NCBI GenBank assembly: GCA_963695855.1
Contig: CAVOHZ010000004.1
Span: 32,001-96,000 of the forward strand
Source: an uncultured Nitrososphaerales archaeon
GTDB lineage: Archaea; Thermoproteota; Nitrososphaeria; Nitrososphaerales; Nitrososphaeraceae
Direction: 5' to 3'
Length of the DNA: 64,000 nucleotides
Within the stretch, counting starts at the first letter, position 1. Every line of letters starts with the position of its first letter. The translations under genes and the position numbers were made by a program. Positions 1 through 12,174 of this stretch are shown here, piece after piece. Under the pieces are notes generated by a model, which was given only the letters and a program-made list of their open reading frames with translations, made no database searches and was not told the DNA's origin.

Positions 1-1086
1 AGTTTGATATTATTAAATAAAGAAAAAAAATAAAAAATAAAAAACAATCATAGTCACCACTATTTTCTAGAATTAAAAATTATAACGAATTGTAGAGTTG
101 GAACAGATATTCCTACACATTTTATCATCACACAAGGAGATAAAACACCAAAGAATGACTTAAATATCAAATATAGTAAAGAATTAGCAAAAAGAAATCA
201 AAATAAAATTGAAAAACACAAATGCCTTAGGAAGAAGAACTTCTTTTTTGTTTATATTTATATTTTTTAGTAATTAAACATCAAAGAAAATATTTGTTAT
301 TATATTCTTTAATTATAATTTCTTATATGTTGTTTTTCCTTTGTTTTTTTTTTTGATGTAGGTTATTATTTTCCTTCAGAATAGGTCTAATTGAAATGGC
401 GATTAACTACTCCGATAAATAAGTAAATAATGAATCCAAGTGAAAACGCAGAAAAAGCCTGATTAATTATTTTTGATTTTATGTTCTTAACTAATTTTAA
501 TCCAATTCTATCATCTGCAAATCTAAATGTTATTCTGGACATATTTAATATTAGTAATTATTAAAAAATCAATATATTATGGATTTTTCCATTTTTTTCT
601 AATTATATATATGTATCTCCTTATATGATACATTTATTCTATACTTTGTATGAATGATGCGAATAAACTTTTCTTGTACAAACATATTTCTTTCTCAGCG
701 ATGTTGATACCATCGATTCCTTTGTGGACTGTTTCAATAAGAATTCTGGTTCATATATGTTTACGAGCCCAGTGTATTTTTGTTTCATCTAATACAAAAT
801 TATTGGAAATAAAATAAAAATGTAAAAACAATCAAAGTATCCTATTTCTAATGAAATCGATCATTTATTAGATTCGAAATTGATAGCTAAGTGAATGTCA
901 TTGAATTAATAGAGACAGAAAATAGTCTCGGCTATCTCAAGAATAAAATAATATTTATAAGATATTTTCGAAAATATTTCCTTCTGTATTTAAGAAGAAT
1001 TTATTAATTTCGGTTTATTACTCTCCGTACCTAACAAAGTCAGAAATTTATAATATAATAAAAATTAAGAAATCTTAAAGTACGTT

Positions 1087-1527
1087 TTAACTGATAGGCT
1101 TTCCGCTTGCGACTATCTTGTAATCACCTAATTTATTAAAGGCAATAACTTCTGTAATATCGAAAGGCACTTGTTTATCCGGTTTTAAAATAGCAGGAGA
1201 AGTAATAAAATGATCGACTTTTTCTAATAAAACTCCATTTTTATCATAATATTCTGCATGAATTTTTATTTCATGTAAATCATCTGTACTATTATTCTTT
1301 ATATCACCCTTTATTTCAACTAAATTAGTTCCGCCTCTATCTACAAGAAGATTTTCAATTGTCACATTTATTTTATCGACTCTTATAGTTGCAGTACTAT
1401 TTTCTGAGGAGGTTTGTGATTCTATGTCCAAACTAAAAAAAGGAAAAGTAAATGAAACCAACGACAATATAGAAATATATCGAATTTTTTGATATTTATA
1501 TGAACTAGACAGTATATTCCTTATCAT
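1087..1527 (-). CDS. Secreted/membrane-anchored FxLYD-type (DUF3426-like) Ig-fold protein
   Basis: N-terminal hydrophobic segment; 'IKGDIKNNS...IHAEYYDKNG..L...LKPDKQVPF' matches the FxLYD pattern. Confidence 0.65.
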   Translation of the reverse strand: MIRNILSSSYKYQKIRYISILSLVSFTFPFFSLDIESQTSSENSTATIRVDKINVTIENLLVDRGGTNLVEIKGDIKNNSTDDLHEIKIHAEYYDKNGVLLEKVDHFITSPAILKPDKQVPFDITEVIAFNKLGDYKIVASGKPIS

Positions 1528-1827
1528 GCTGAATAATTTATGGAAGCAGGCTATTTAAATTAATTGAAAATTAAATGATTGTTTATCATTCTTTGTTTTG
1601 TACTACGCAAGTCATAAAGAATTTTAATGAAAATACTCACAGATAATTTATTATAATTTGTAATGAGTTCAGTTTCTCATGTAATTTTTTATTTGCCATC
1701 TAATTCTCATTTGTATATTCGTAAAAATGATCTGGCTAACAATATATATTACAATATGTTTATTATGCTCTTACGGTAATCATCGATAAAAGATAATCCT
1801 TGTTCAACATTAATACTATAATTATAT

Positions 1828-2991
1828 GAGGCTGGGTCATAATTATTCCATTTTCATAACGAATAAAGCTAGTTTATTGGTGTATGATGTTTTGGTGAAA
1901 AACCATCCAAACAAACAAACTAGCACAGCAGAAGAGATCAACATCTATTCTAATTAGTATTTTGTATTTGATTGGCTTGATTCATTGGCCACATAATAAT
2001 AGAGGAGGAGGACGTGGGAGACCATATGTCTATTCTCCTACTGTTATTTTGAGATGCTTTATAGTGCGTATATGGTTCAGATTAGATTCTAACAGAGCAT
2101 TGTATGAATACCTTGCTATGGAGATGCCATACAACAAAAAGATAATGAAAGGATGTGGATTATCAAGAGTACCTAGTAGAAGAACTTTTGATAGGCGTCT
2201 TGTAACAATATCTAAAGATATTAAAAACAGAATAACTACAATGGGCAAACTTTTTGTACGTGATAAAATAGTTGATCCGCATATTCTTTCAGCAGACAGT
2301 ACACTTATCAAGACTAAAGGCTATGTCTGGCATAAATCATCTATGACTGAAGGAGTAGTACCACGTTCTGGTATTGATACAGATGCAATGTGGGGATTCA
2401 GTCATACAAAGGGTTGGATATTTGGATACAAATTACATTTGATATCCAGTACTGGTTCCATTGTTGTACCTCTGACAGCAGATTTTACTACTGCAAATAT
2501 ACCAGACAACCAGATGTACAGTATATTGACAGCAAGTCCACCTCTTGCAATAATCAGAAGAACATTATACATGTCTGCAGATCCTGGATACGATGATCAT
2601 AAACTTTATGATCTCAGTAGCAGTATGGGATTTCAATTGGTGTGTCCAGTACAGAGATATGAAAATACTCCTGTTGACAGGATAAAATTGGTTGAATTTT
2701 ATGAATCTAATGTTGGACAGGCTATCTATTCGTTGAGAAGTAAATCAATTGAACCGTTGATAGAACATATCAAATCTGTTTTCAGGATAGACCCATTACC
2801 TGTACGAGGATATGATAGGGTTTGTGCTATAGTACTACTATCAGTACTACTATACCAGATACTTGTATACTACAACTGTAAGACAGACAAAGATAATCCT
2901 AGAGCAATCAAATACATGTTAGGAACATAACATTCATTACATAATATTAATAGCGGTATGATGCTTGTTTATAGAATTATGACCCAGCCTC
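1828..2991 (+). mobile_element. Insertion sequence (IS982/IS4-like DDE), 1164 bp, ends intact
   Basis: Perfect 17-bp terminal inverted repeats gaggctgggtcataatt (1828-1844) and aattatgacccagcctc (2975-2991); 8-bp target duplication aattatat at 1820-1827 and 2992-2999; encloses a transposase. Confidence 0.93.
1962..2930 (+). CDS. DDE transposase (DDE_Tnp_1, IS982-like)
   Basis: 'ADSTLI', 'GWIFGYKLH', 'ADPGYD', 'RSKSIEPLIEHIK' catalytic D-D-E motifs; frame is open back to 1899, so the true start is uncertain. Confidence 0.9.
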   Translation: MYLIGLIHWPHNNRGGGRGRPYVYSPTVILRCFIVRIWFRLDSNRALYEYLAMEMPYNKKIMKGCGLSRVPSRRTFDRRLVTISKDIKNRITTMGKLFVRDKIVDPHILSADSTLIKTKGYVWHKSSMTEGVVPRSGIDTDAMWGFSHTKGWIFGYKLHLISSTGSIVVPLTADFTTANIPDNQMYSILTASPPLAIIRRTLYMSADPGYDDHKLYDLSSSMGFQLVCPVQRYENTPVDRIKLVEFYESNVGQAIYSLRSKSIEPLIEHIKSVFRIDPLPVRGYDRVCAIVLLSVLLYQILVYYNCKTDKDNPRAIKYMLGT

Positions 2992-3524
2992 AATTATATA
3001 TCTAGTGGTAGGAGATGCTGTGCTGTAGTTGTTCCCAACATATTTACCAAATCAATTCTAGTCACAATAGGTAAGAAATTAGAAGAATTATAATAAATAT
3101 CTATTTAGGAGAGAAGAAGTATTATTTGATTTTAATGCTATTGATAAATGGGATTATCGATTTTGTTATCAACCTTAAGAATTAAATCCAAACACGTACA
3201 TTTTCTCGTATTACTAGAATAAGCTAAGAATTATACTCACCAATAAAGATTAATTTAAAAATTTTCTCTACAAAAAGGTAAAGTGTCTCTTATCCTTGAA
3301 AATTGATTTGCCATATTTATAGAATATAGCAAAGTAGATAGATTAGAATTCTAGCCAAGAAAGTACAAAAAAATAGAAAGAGCATTTTAGAATTTTGTAT
3401 GTTGTATTTCTGGTAAGTCTGAGTACGATTTCTAGAATAGCAAAATTCACAACAAATATGTCCTTATATAAACATGATTTAATAAGCAGATTTTATTCTA
3501 TATTAATTAATTGTTCTTTCTGGT

Positions 3525-4202
3525 TCAAACTAAAATATCTCTTATTTGTTTAAAAATATTAGTCCACATAGACCAAGTTAATTTTCCTGTGTTGGTATTT
3601 TGTTTGCTTGGATGATATGATACTATTAATATCTTATTATTATCCATATGGTACATTAATCCATGCTTAAATTTTATATTTTTAATTTTATGAATATTAC
3701 AAAATTCATCAAAAGCTAATTTCCCTAAAGTTAGAAATATTTTGCTATTTTTACTTAATAGTTTTAATTCTTTAGTTAAATATTCATTACAGTTGCTAAT
3801 TTCTACTGGCAACGGTTTGTTTTTGGGTGGAGCACATTTTACTATAGAGGTCACATAAACATTGTTTAATACCAATCCATCATTTATATAATTGCTAAAA
3901 GGTTGATTACAAAAATTATATTGGTATAAAACCTTCACAAGCCAGTCTCCAGAACTATCTCCAGTAAACATTCTTCCTGTTCTATTTCCTCCATGCGCAG
4001 CAGGAGCTAGACCGATTATGATTAAACCAGCATTTAGATCTCCGAAACCACATACTGGTTTGCACCAATAATCGAGATTTCTATATCGTTTAACTTTTTT
4101 GTTTTCAACATTTTTGATGTATTGCGCCAACCTCAAACATCTTTTACAATTTATAATTCTTTGATTTACAAGAATTAAATCATTAAAAGAGTCCTCAGAC
4201 AA
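3525..4202 (-). CDS. udgB: Uracil-DNA glycosylase, family 5 (UdgB-type, 4Fe-4S)
   Basis: CxxC at N-terminus, 'GLAPAAHGGNRTGRMFTGDSSG', 'KCAPP', 'YHPS' motifs. Confidence 0.9.
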   Translation of the reverse strand: MSEDSFNDLILVNQRIINCKRCLRLAQYIKNVENKKVKRYRNLDYWCKPVCGFGDLNAGLIIIGLAPAAHGGNRTGRMFTGDSSGDWLVKVLYQYNFCNQPFSNYINDGLVLNNVYVTSIVKCAPPKNKPLPVEISNCNEYLTKELKLLSKNSKIFLTLGKLAFDEFCNIHKIKNIKFKHGLMYHMDNNKILIVSYHPSKQNTNTGKLTWSMWTNIFKQIRDILV

Positions 4203-4271
4203 TAGAAATACATAACATTAATAAAATTTAATCTTATGGACAAACTTAATTGTGAGAAAATATACAAGAAA

Positions 4272-4736
4272 TTAATTAATTTCTATTGCTGAATGTAAGA
4301 ATCTAAACCTCTTATAATCATCTAATATAATTTTTGATAGATGTCTAGTTATATCACTCATACTTAATATTCCTATTACCTTATAATTTTCTTCCATTAC
4401 GGGAAGTCTTTTTATTTTATTTTTATTCATTTTCTTCGTGGCAGAATCTATTGAATCATAGGACATTATTGTGATAATAGGAGAAGTCATTATTTCTTTA
4501 CATTGTATTTTATCTGGAACAAGATTTTTAGCACAAATCTTTCTTACAATATCATGCTCGGTTATAATTCCAACTGGTAGATCCTTGGAATCCAATACTA
4601 TTACAGATCCAACATTCTTTTTTATCATCAATTTAGAAATATGTAATACACTTAAATTTGAATCCAGTTTTACGGTAAGAACGGTCTTATTTGACATTAT
4701 TTCGCTTACTGCACTCATAATTTTATTGTGAATCAA
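4272..4736 (-). CDS. CBS-domain pair protein
   Basis: Two CBS repeats ('VGIITEHDI', 'IKRLPV...GILSMSDI'); likely start ATG at 4718. Confidence 0.9.
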   Translation of the reverse strand: MIHNKIMSAVSEIMSNKTVLTVKLDSNLSVLHISKLMIKKNVGSVIVLDSKDLPVGIITEHDIVRKICAKNLVPDKIQCKEIMTSPIITIMSYDSIDSATKKMNKNKIKRLPVMEENYKVIGILSMSDITRHLSKIILDDYKRFRFLHSAIEIN

Positions 4737-4809
4737 GTCATTTTTTTAGTTAACTAATGTTAATCTCATAAACATACGCGAATAATATGACCTCTAAAAA
4801 AAGATTATG

Positions 4810-5204
4810 TTAGTTAAAAAAATATATTTAGTTTGAAAATCTGAGATAGAAATATAATAGCTGCTACTATGGCCAGAACTATTCCTATTAATTTTTTAAG
4901 ATTTGTCGGACTAAGACGATTCGGATATCTAGCTCCAAGAAACCCACCATTCATTGCGGAAGGTCCTAAAATAATTAAATAAAGTAAATTCACTTCGTTG
5001 CTAACGACATACTACATGACCAATAAATCCGAATGTGCCCATAATTGCTGATGTAGCCATATTAGTGCCAACCGCTATTTTTGGTTCAGTTTTAAGAATT
5101 TTTATCATTATAGGAAGTCTTATACTACCAAGAACAAGACCTACTAATCCATGAATATTATGAAATGGTAGCACCAGTAATAATATTGATAATGAGGTTT
5201 TCAA
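4810..5204 (-). pseudogene. Sulfite exporter TauE/SafE-family half-protein, frameshifted
   Basis: ORF 5001-5204 ('GLVGLVLGSIRLP...AVGTNMA') continues in another frame as 'NEVNLLYLIILGPSAMNGGFLGARYPNRLSPTNLKKLIGIVLAIVA...' to a stop at 4810-4812. Confidence 0.75.
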
Positions 5205-5699
5205 ACAACAGTAAATGTTTATGATAAAAATACAATAATCGAAATATAGTTAATTCAACTGGAAACAATTCCTCTAGTCTTTCCCTTTCCACCAAATTTT
5301 CAAGTTCTGAGATATTAATAAAAATCTGTTAATTAGATGAATGCTACTAGAAAAAATAATACCATCCAAAAAGGAAACCGTGACCGAACTTATATTAAGT
5401 ATATTAGACACATATAATATAATCATTTATCTAAAAAATACCTTCGAATAGTAAAGAGGATATCTGTCAAACAATTATCTATTTTCGTATTGTATCTTAG
5501 ATTCGTCAAGTCAATTTTCAAGTTATCTAATATTCTGTATTTATTTTTTCTAAATACTTGATTTCATACAGAAAGCAGTTATTTCAAGGTATGTCAACCT
5601 CTTCTTTTTCATGAATTGTTATTCCAATTTTCTTGCAGAACCTTGTCATAGACTTTCGACTTCAGGGTTGTGATATTGAAAATATGGTGATAGATTCTA

Positions 5700-6575
5700 C
5701 TACATTGGATATGGTATTACCAGTACTTCTGTATTTTTAAATTTCTTGATGATAGCTGTTCGTATAACTTTAACAATTTCATGACTATCTTTTAGTGTCG
5801 AATTCGGATCTAATTTGATGTGAACTTCAATATCAAAAGAATAACCTAATGGTCTTAACAAAACCTTTGATACAGGAACAGAGAAATTTTTTTCCACAAA
5901 GTTCTTAATATTATCACTTAATTGCGGATTGGCTACTGCATCCAATAATACAAATGTAGATTGCTTCAGTGCCACATAAGCCATAAAAAATATGTATCCT
6001 GCTATTATTATACTTCCAATTGAATCCATATATGGTATCCCAAAATATCCAGCAAGGACACTTCCAAACCCAACAAATGAAACAGATCCATCCTTTATAG
6101 AATTTTTTGCATCCAATTTCAGGGAGATTAAATTATACTTTTTAGCAATCTTGTGTACACGAAATGCTCTATGTAGTGATATGATTCCTGCTGCCAATAG
6201 GATTATCAATGTTATTTCCGGAGATGTAGTCTCGACTGGATGTAGTATTCTCTCATAAGCATTGTAAATAATGAATAGACCCAAGATAATTACTACTACT
6301 GCAACAAATGCGGCAAAACTTTCTACTTTAGCATATCCATATTGGAATAATCTGCTCTTTGGTTTTTGTATCATGTAAATTCCAAATCATACAATAAATG
6401 AGATTAGTGCATCAGCCATGGAGTCCAGACCATCTGCAAAAAGAGTTAGGCTAGATGTATAAAATGAGACAAGTAATTCTGCTATACCTATTCCTAATAG
6501 CGTCCACATCTAGAGCCAAGCTGCATTTCTTCCCTCTTGAAATGCTAAGGTAGGTGACGACGAGGATTCACTCAA
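5700..6575 (-). pseudogene. Cation diffusion facilitator (FieF/CzcD-like) with two in-frame stops
   Basis: Frame of ORF 5700-6374 extends to TTG 6575 with CDF N-terminus 'SLTLFADGLDSMAD'; TAG at 6510-6512 and TGA at 6387-6389 interrupt it; 'FQYGYAKVE' and C-terminal dimerisation domain present. Confidence 0.85.
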
Positions 6576-6757
6576 GAATTAAATAATATTTATTTTATTT
6601 ATGATAATAATAATCTTTATTTTATTATGATTTATAAAAAAATCTATATAGATGTTATCTAAATATCAGGAAAAAGCCATCGATATTTAGAAATTATTTT
6701 GTTCGTAAAAAGAAAAAGAGTATAGTGTATCATCTTCTGTTATATGATGACATACTC

Positions 6758-7672
6758 TTATTGTTTATAGCCACCGTAGGATAATAGAAATACCTGACCT
6801 GTTGTATTGAATTTGTTTTCTGTGTATGCTTTTTCTACCTCTGATAACGTCAAAGGCCTATCCCATACTCTTATTTCGTCGATATCACCTGTAAAGAATT
6901 TGTCTAGATTCAAAGAGTTAGCTCCAATTCTTAATGGTTGAGTACCATTATTATCTATCGTTGTATTATTGGTGGCTAGTTTTCCTATTTCTTTTCCATC
7001 CACATAAAGTGACACAGCTGACCCATTATACGTAACAGCAGCATGATGCCACTTCCCGTCATTATATTTATTTGGTGTCTTTACAAAGAAATTATCTCCT
7101 GACGTTGCTTCAAAACCTCCCTCTACTTCATTACTATCTGTAATCCATAGCCCGTAATTCATGTTCATCCCTGTCTCGTCGGTACCCATTCCTCCTTTGT
7201 TTACCATATGACCAGGTTCAGTATAATTATGAGATGTTTTAAACCAAGTAACTATGCTGAATTTGGTCAATTGTGGCGAAAGGTTAGCTGGAAGATCTTG
7301 AAACTTTGAATCTTTAAGCGTATTAAATGGTTCGTACTGATATTTTCCTGTAATATTCGTTGGCAACACTGCTGTAGCATTCGTTGGCAACACTGCTGTA
7401 GCATTCGTTGGCAACACTGCTGTAGCATTCGTTGGCAACACTGCTGTAGCATTCGTTGGCAACACTGCTGTAGCATTCGTTGGCAACACTGCTGTAGCGT
7501 TTTGTCCATGAACAGGCAATACTGAAAAAGACAGGAAGACCGTTAAAAAAATCGAAGTGACAGCGACTGGAGTCATAGCTAGCAGTACTACATTACTTTT
7601 ATTTTTCATATTCACTAATAGAAATGAGAAAGGTATTATAAAGATAGTGCAAGAAAATACAGATATATTCAT
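6758..7672 (-). CDS. Secreted LamG/concanavalin-A-like domain protein with repeat stalk
   Basis: Signal peptide from probable start MKNKSN (7609); 'DGKWHHAAVTY...LYVDG...IGA...FTGDIDEIRVWDRPLT' is Laminin_G_3. Confidence 0.88.
   Translation of the reverse strand: MNISVFSCTIFIIPFSFLLVNMKNKSNVVLLAMTPVAVTSIFLTVFLSFSVLPVHGQNATAVLPTNATAVLPTNATAVLPTNATAVLPTNATAVLPTNATAVLPTNITGKYQYEPFNTLKDSKFQDLPANLSPQLTKFSIVTWFKTSHNYTEPGHMVNKGGMGTDETGMNMNYGLWITDSNEVEGGFEATSGDNFFVKTPNKYNDGKWHHAAVTYNGSAVSLYVDGKEIGKLATNNTTIDNNGTQPLRIGANSLNLDKFFTGDIDEIRVWDRPLTLSEVEKAYTENKFNTTGQVFLLSYGGYKQ
7355..7498. repeat. Six perfect 24-bp tandem repeats encoding (NATAVLPT)6
   Basis: attcgttggcaacactgctgtagc x6, head-to-tail, no spacers. 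Confidence 0.97.
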
Positions 7673-8033
7673 AGTTTAAAATAGTGGAAAATAATTCTGA
7701 AATTTCTTATAATCATTTTTACAGATTGTAATTTAATATTAATGATTTAATTATTATTTATCAGATTCATAGACTTTTGCACATAATATTCACAGAATGG
7801 TATATTTGTCATTTATTGCTAGATGTTTTCTACGACGCCAATATTCGCAACTTGGCAAAGTATTATTACTGAACGGGGATGAAATAATTTTCTTGAAAAA
7901 AGTAGAGTGGTAAAGCATATCGAAAATGCTACAAATTAATATTCGATCTTTTTATTTGGTATAACAAGAAACATAGCTAAACAAAAATAAATATTATTTA
8001 GGATTTCTTACATAAATGATGTTTTCAGCATCA

Positions 8034-10283
8034 TTATGTTATACTTTTACCGATAAAGCTATCAAGACTAGGTTTTCCAAATCGTTCAGCTATCTTTTCA
8101 TACATACTTATCTCTTGAACAGACAATGGTCTAATTTTTTTCATTGCTTCTTCAAAATGGTGCATTGTTATTTTTAATTCATTCTTTTTATCCTCTGCTT
8201 CTTTTGGATCTTTATACTTTGTTATATGTTCTCTTAATGCCAACATAACTGCAGCTGAGGCCAGAGCAGCAATATCTGCACCTGTATAACCTTTGGTTTT
8301 CTCTACCAAGTCTTTTATATTTACATCATCAGCAAGAGGCTTCTTTTTAGTATGAATTGAAAAAATTTGTGTCCTTGATTCATCATCTGGAGGAGCAACA
8401 TACAGTAATCTGTCAAATCTTCCTGGACGAAGCAATGCTGGATCTATTATATCAGGTCGATTGGTAGATGCGATCACCACAACATTTGTCAATATCTCCA
8501 AACCATCTAGTTCTGTTAATAGCTGACTAATTACACGTTCTGTCACATGAGAATCACTTCCAGATCCTCCCCGTGCTGGGGTAATTGCATCGATTTCATC
8601 AAAAAAGATCATACATGGAGCTGCCTGTCGCGCTTTTCTAAATACTTCTCTTACTCCTTTTTCAGATTCGCCAACCCATTTGGAAAGAAGTTCCGGTCCT
8701 TTTATACTAATGAAGTTAGCTTCGCTTTCATTAGCTGTAGCTTTTGCAATAAGTGTTTTTCCTGTGCCAGGCGGTCCGTATAAAAGAATTCCTTTTGGTG
8801 GAGTTGCATCAGTATGGTTAAAAAGACCTTGATATTTTAGTGGCCATTCTACTGCTTCCTGTAGCTCTTGCTTAATTGTGGTAAGCCCACCTATGTCATC
8901 CCATTTAACATCTGGAACTTCAACAAAAACCTCTCTGAGAGCAGAAGGTTCCATTTCTTTGATCACTTCTAGAAAATCTTGCATGGTCACCACTATTTTC
9001 TTTAAGGTTTCAGAAGGAATGCTTTCAGTTGCAAGGTCTATTTCTGGTAATACCTTTCTCAAAGAGCGCATCGCGGCTTCTTTTGCAAGTGCATGAAGAT
9101 CAGCACCTACAAAACCATGAGACATACTGGCTAACTTTTCAAGGTCTACATCCTTCGAAAGGGGCATTCCCCTGGTATGAATCTGAAGAATTTCAAATCT
9201 CCCTTCTTTATCAGGAACACCGATCTCGATTTCTCTATCAAATCTTCCAGGACGCCTAAGAGCTGGATCTATGGCATTTATCCTGTTCGTTGCCCCTATT
9301 ACAACAACTTTTCCTCTTGAAGACATTCCATCCATCAAGAATAACAGCTGTGCAACAATTCTTCGTTCAACCTCTCCACTGACTTCATCCCTATTTGGTG
9401 CGATAGAATCAATCTCATCAATAAAAATTATTGAAGGTGCATTTTGTTCTGCTTGTTTGAACACATTTCGTAGTTTTTCTTCTGATTCTCCATAAAATTT
9501 GCTCATTATCTCAGGACCACCGATGGTATAATAGCTTGCATTAGTTTCATTTGCAATAGCCTTTGCAAGCAAAGTTTTACCAGTGCCAGGAGGTCCATGT
9601 AATAACACACCTTTTGGTGCTTCTACACCAAGCCGTCTAAACAATTCAGGATGCCTCAATGGAAGTTCTATCATCTCTCTTACCCGGGATACTTGGCCCT
9701 TGATCCCTCCAATATCCTCATATGTTATTGATGGAGCAATTCCTTCTTTGGCAATCTGTACAGCTTTAGCACTTTCTTCTGAAATAATTATTTCGGTTGA
9801 TTCATTAATTAATACCGGACCTGATGGTCTTGTAGATATTACGACCAAATCCACACGTTGACTCATTATAATGAGCGGAATGACATCGCCAGTAGTTACC
9901 AGATTACCAAGTAAATATTCTCCAAGATATTCCTCTGCACCTACAATTCTAAGAGGTTCAGTTGGTGCAAGGGTGATACTTTGAGCATCTTTGGATTCTA
10001 TTTTTTTAAGATCAACAAGATCATTTATACCTACATCAAGTCTATTTCTAATATATCCATCAATCCGTATTAGCCCTTTTCCTCTATCATTTTCTCTTGC
10101 CGGCCAATTTAATACCGTTACTTTTTTACCCAGAGAAGAGACCTCTATAACATCACCTGACGATATTTGTAATTGATGTGCGATATCTGGGTCTATACGT
10201 GCAATTTTTCTTCCCACATCTCTTTGTTCTGCTTCTGCAACTTTGAGACTTGGATTTAATTTATTGTTACCGTTTTGACTCAT
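8034..10283 (-). CDS. cdc48: CDC48/VCP (VAT) family AAA ATPase
   Basis: N-domain plus two AAA modules (GPPGTGKT twice, '[13 protein letters not shown]', '[12 protein letters not shown]'). Confidence 0.97.
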   Translation of the reverse strand: MSQNGNNKLNPSLKVAEAEQRDVGRKIARIDPDIAHQLQISSGDVIEVSSLGKKVTVLNWPARENDRGKGLIRIDGYIRNRLDVGINDLVDLKKIESKDAQSITLAPTEPLRIVGAEEYLGEYLLGNLVTTGDVIPLIIMSQRVDLVVISTRPSGPVLINESTEIIISEESAKAVQIAKEGIAPSITYEDIGGIKGQVSRVREMIELPLRHPELFRRLGVEAPKGVLLHGPPGTGKTLLAKAIANETNASYYTIGGPEIMSKFYGESEEKLRNVFKQAEQNAPSIIFIDEIDSIAPNRDEVSGEVERRIVAQLLFLMDGMSSRGKVVVIGATNRINAIDPALRRPGRFDREIEIGVPDKEGRFEILQIHTRGMPLSKDVDLEKLASMSHGFVGADLHALAKEAAMRSLRKVLPEIDLATESIPSETLKKIVVTMQDFLEVIKEMEPSALREVFVEVPDVKWDDIGGLTTIKQELQEAVEWPLKYQGLFNHTDATPPKGILLYGPPGTGKTLIAKATANESEANFISIKGPELLSKWVGESEKGVREVFRKARQAAPCMIFFDEIDAITPARGGSGSDSHVTERVISQLLTELDGLEILTNVVVIASTNRPDIIDPALLRPGRFDRLLYVAPPDDESRTQIFSIHTKKKPLADDVNIKDLVEKTKGYTGADIAALASAAVMLALREHITKYKDPKEAEDKKNELKITMHHFEEAMKKIRPLSVQEISMYEKIAERFGKPSLDSFIGKSIT

Positions 10284-10756
10284 ATTTATGTTTATTTATT
10301 GGTTTGTCACCTTATTTAAAGAAATCAGGCTATTACAATAAAAGAAAAGAATTAAAAATTAAATCATATATCGTGTAGCTAATAGATTAAACGAAACTCG
10401 GATATTAAATACAATTATTGAATATTATATTACATAAGATAATATATTCAAACCAATAAAATGAGAAAGCTAGAACAAACAAGGAAGCTAACAAAAACGA
10501 ATTTTACTAAATTAGATGGAGATAAATCAGAGACCATCAAATGATCCAAATTTCTAGATCGTTTTAATGATTACGTAATCACCAAATTTTTTTTCGAAAT
10601 CCACTATATGTATTATTTTAATTGTATCAGATTCTTTATATAAAGCAAAAAAACAGAAGAATTAATATGATAATTAATAGGATTTCTCTTACTGGATAAA
10701 ATGGTTAAATCCCTGAAAACACGGCTATATAAATATATTGGTAACAAAACATGAAA

Positions 10757-10774
10757 TTTTTCGGCGCCGAAAAA
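10757..10774. promoter_or_regulatory. Perfect palindrome TTTTTCGGCGCCGAAAAA, copy 1
   Basis: 18-bp palindrome in the divergent intergenic region between cdc48 and ORF 10865; identical core at 20442 and 51439. Confidence 0.8.
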
Positions 10775-10864
10775 GATTCAGAATCAAAATATGAATTGAC
10801 CTTAACAGCATGAATATCTTTATAGGTATAAATAACGTTAAAAAACTATGGTGAAGAAATTAAA

Positions 10865-11272
10865 GTGATAATAATAGATGAAAAGTTGATAATTGACCAT
10901 GATCAGAATAGAAAACTTGCCAATGTAACTGTTACTGGAGAAATCAGATTTTCACCACAAGAGATGTATCAAATGATTAATTATGAAGAAAAGTTGTTTA
11001 AATTGAAATGTGAATTATGGGGACAGGATATGGTTGGTAAAGACAAGTTATACACATTCAATCCCCTAAAATATTATCCAAGTTATACACCCAACGTCAC
11101 TGAAAGATTTACGTTCAAAGAAATGCTAGGACAAGGAGTTTTAGATGAGGATATAGGAAAAGAACAGATATACGCAAAACTCATTTTGACTAATTTACTT
11201 ACGGGAAATCAAGTTATTGATAAAACTGAAGCTATAAGCTTTGTAAAAAAAATTTATGCCAATTCATTTTGA
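10865..11272 (+). CDS. Hypothetical protein
   Basis: 135-aa ORF with an upstream TATA-like element; 3' end partly duplicated. Confidence 0.7.
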   Translation: MIIIDEKLIIDHDQNRKLANVTVTGEIRFSPQEMYQMINYEEKLFKLKCELWGQDMVGKDKLYTFNPLKYYPSYTPNVTERFTFKEMLGQGVLDEDIGKEQIYAKLILTNLLTGNQVIDKTEAISFVKKIYANSF

Positions 11273-11313
11273 CTAATTTACTTACGGGAAATCAAGTTAT
11301 TGATAAAACTGAA
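11181..11313 (+). repeat. 50-bp direct repeat (11181-11230 and 11264-11313)
   Basis: tcattttgactaatttacttacgggaaatcaagttattgataaaactgaa occurs twice, period 83 bp. Confidence 0.93.
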
Positions 11314-11540
11314 ACGTAAAATGACTTTGTCATTATTAGATAATAAACTAAAACTATTGTTCTGAAACACAGGAACTTCTTAAAATAATAATCCTAGATA
11401 ATATAATATACATTTCTCTAAAATCTATTTTATTTTATTTTATTTTGTTATGGTCATGTAAATTATGTTTATCCTTATTTTTTCTTATCTTGATAGTAAA
11501 TTGTATTATTCTTTCAATTTGAATTTCATTTTCAACCAAC

Positions 11541-11780
11541 TTAAATGTTAAAAAAAATTTTCCCTATATGTTTTCTCACATCTCTGGGCATATTAGGATC
11601 TTCAATTATTTTATGAAGATCGTTTCGTTTAATGCACAAACCATTTTTGTTTATTTTGTAAAACCAATCAATATCCAAAGGACTAATAACAGTAGTATTT
11701 TTGTTGCATCCCTTCATTCCACAAAAAGGTAAGTCATCTTTAGTGAAACAAACATGATCGTCTTGACAGCCATAAATCAT
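11541..11780 (-). CDS. Small Cys/His-rich hypothetical protein
   Basis: 79 aa, 'CQDDHVC...CGMKGC' possible zinc ligands. Confidence 0.65.
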   Translation of the reverse strand: MIYGCQDDHVCFTKDDLPFCGMKGCNKNTTVISPLDIDWFYKINKNGLCIKRNDLHKIIEDPNMPRDVRKHIGKIFFNI

Positions 11781-12174
11781 ATCCTTATTTATATGAAGTT
11801 GATCATAATAAATTTTGGGCTAAAAAACGGCAAAAGTAACAACTAATTATTTTTTAATTTTCCACGATGATCAAATGGCAGGTACAACTTAGTTTACAGA
11901 TCTAATTTGTCATAACAGAAGATATACATAATATATTTATTTTAACACTAGTAAATAGAATCAATATTAATACATTTTGTACAAGAGGTTTTTATATTTG
12001 AACAGATTGGAGATCGGTAGGAAAGAAATTATTATTATATATTATATTAGTATAAACAAAAAATATCATATTAAAACATAAACCAAATCAAAAACATTAC
12101 TTTTTTAATCCATACTAATTGTATTTATTCAAACTAACCAATAAAAAAATTACAATTGTTACGCATCTTTTATA

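Noticed and set aside
7355-7498. 24-bp repeats as a CRISPR array; ORF 7267-7509 (LQQCCQRM)n
   Set aside because: No spacers and no cas genes; the repeats are in-frame in the LamG gene and the Cys-rich ORF is an alternative-frame shadow
8547-10176. Six plus-strand ORFs inside cdc48
   Set aside because: Antisense shadows of a conserved gene; the same applies to ORFs nested in the transposase, CBS, CDF, papain, BtuF, macro, kinase, EamA and 60959 genes
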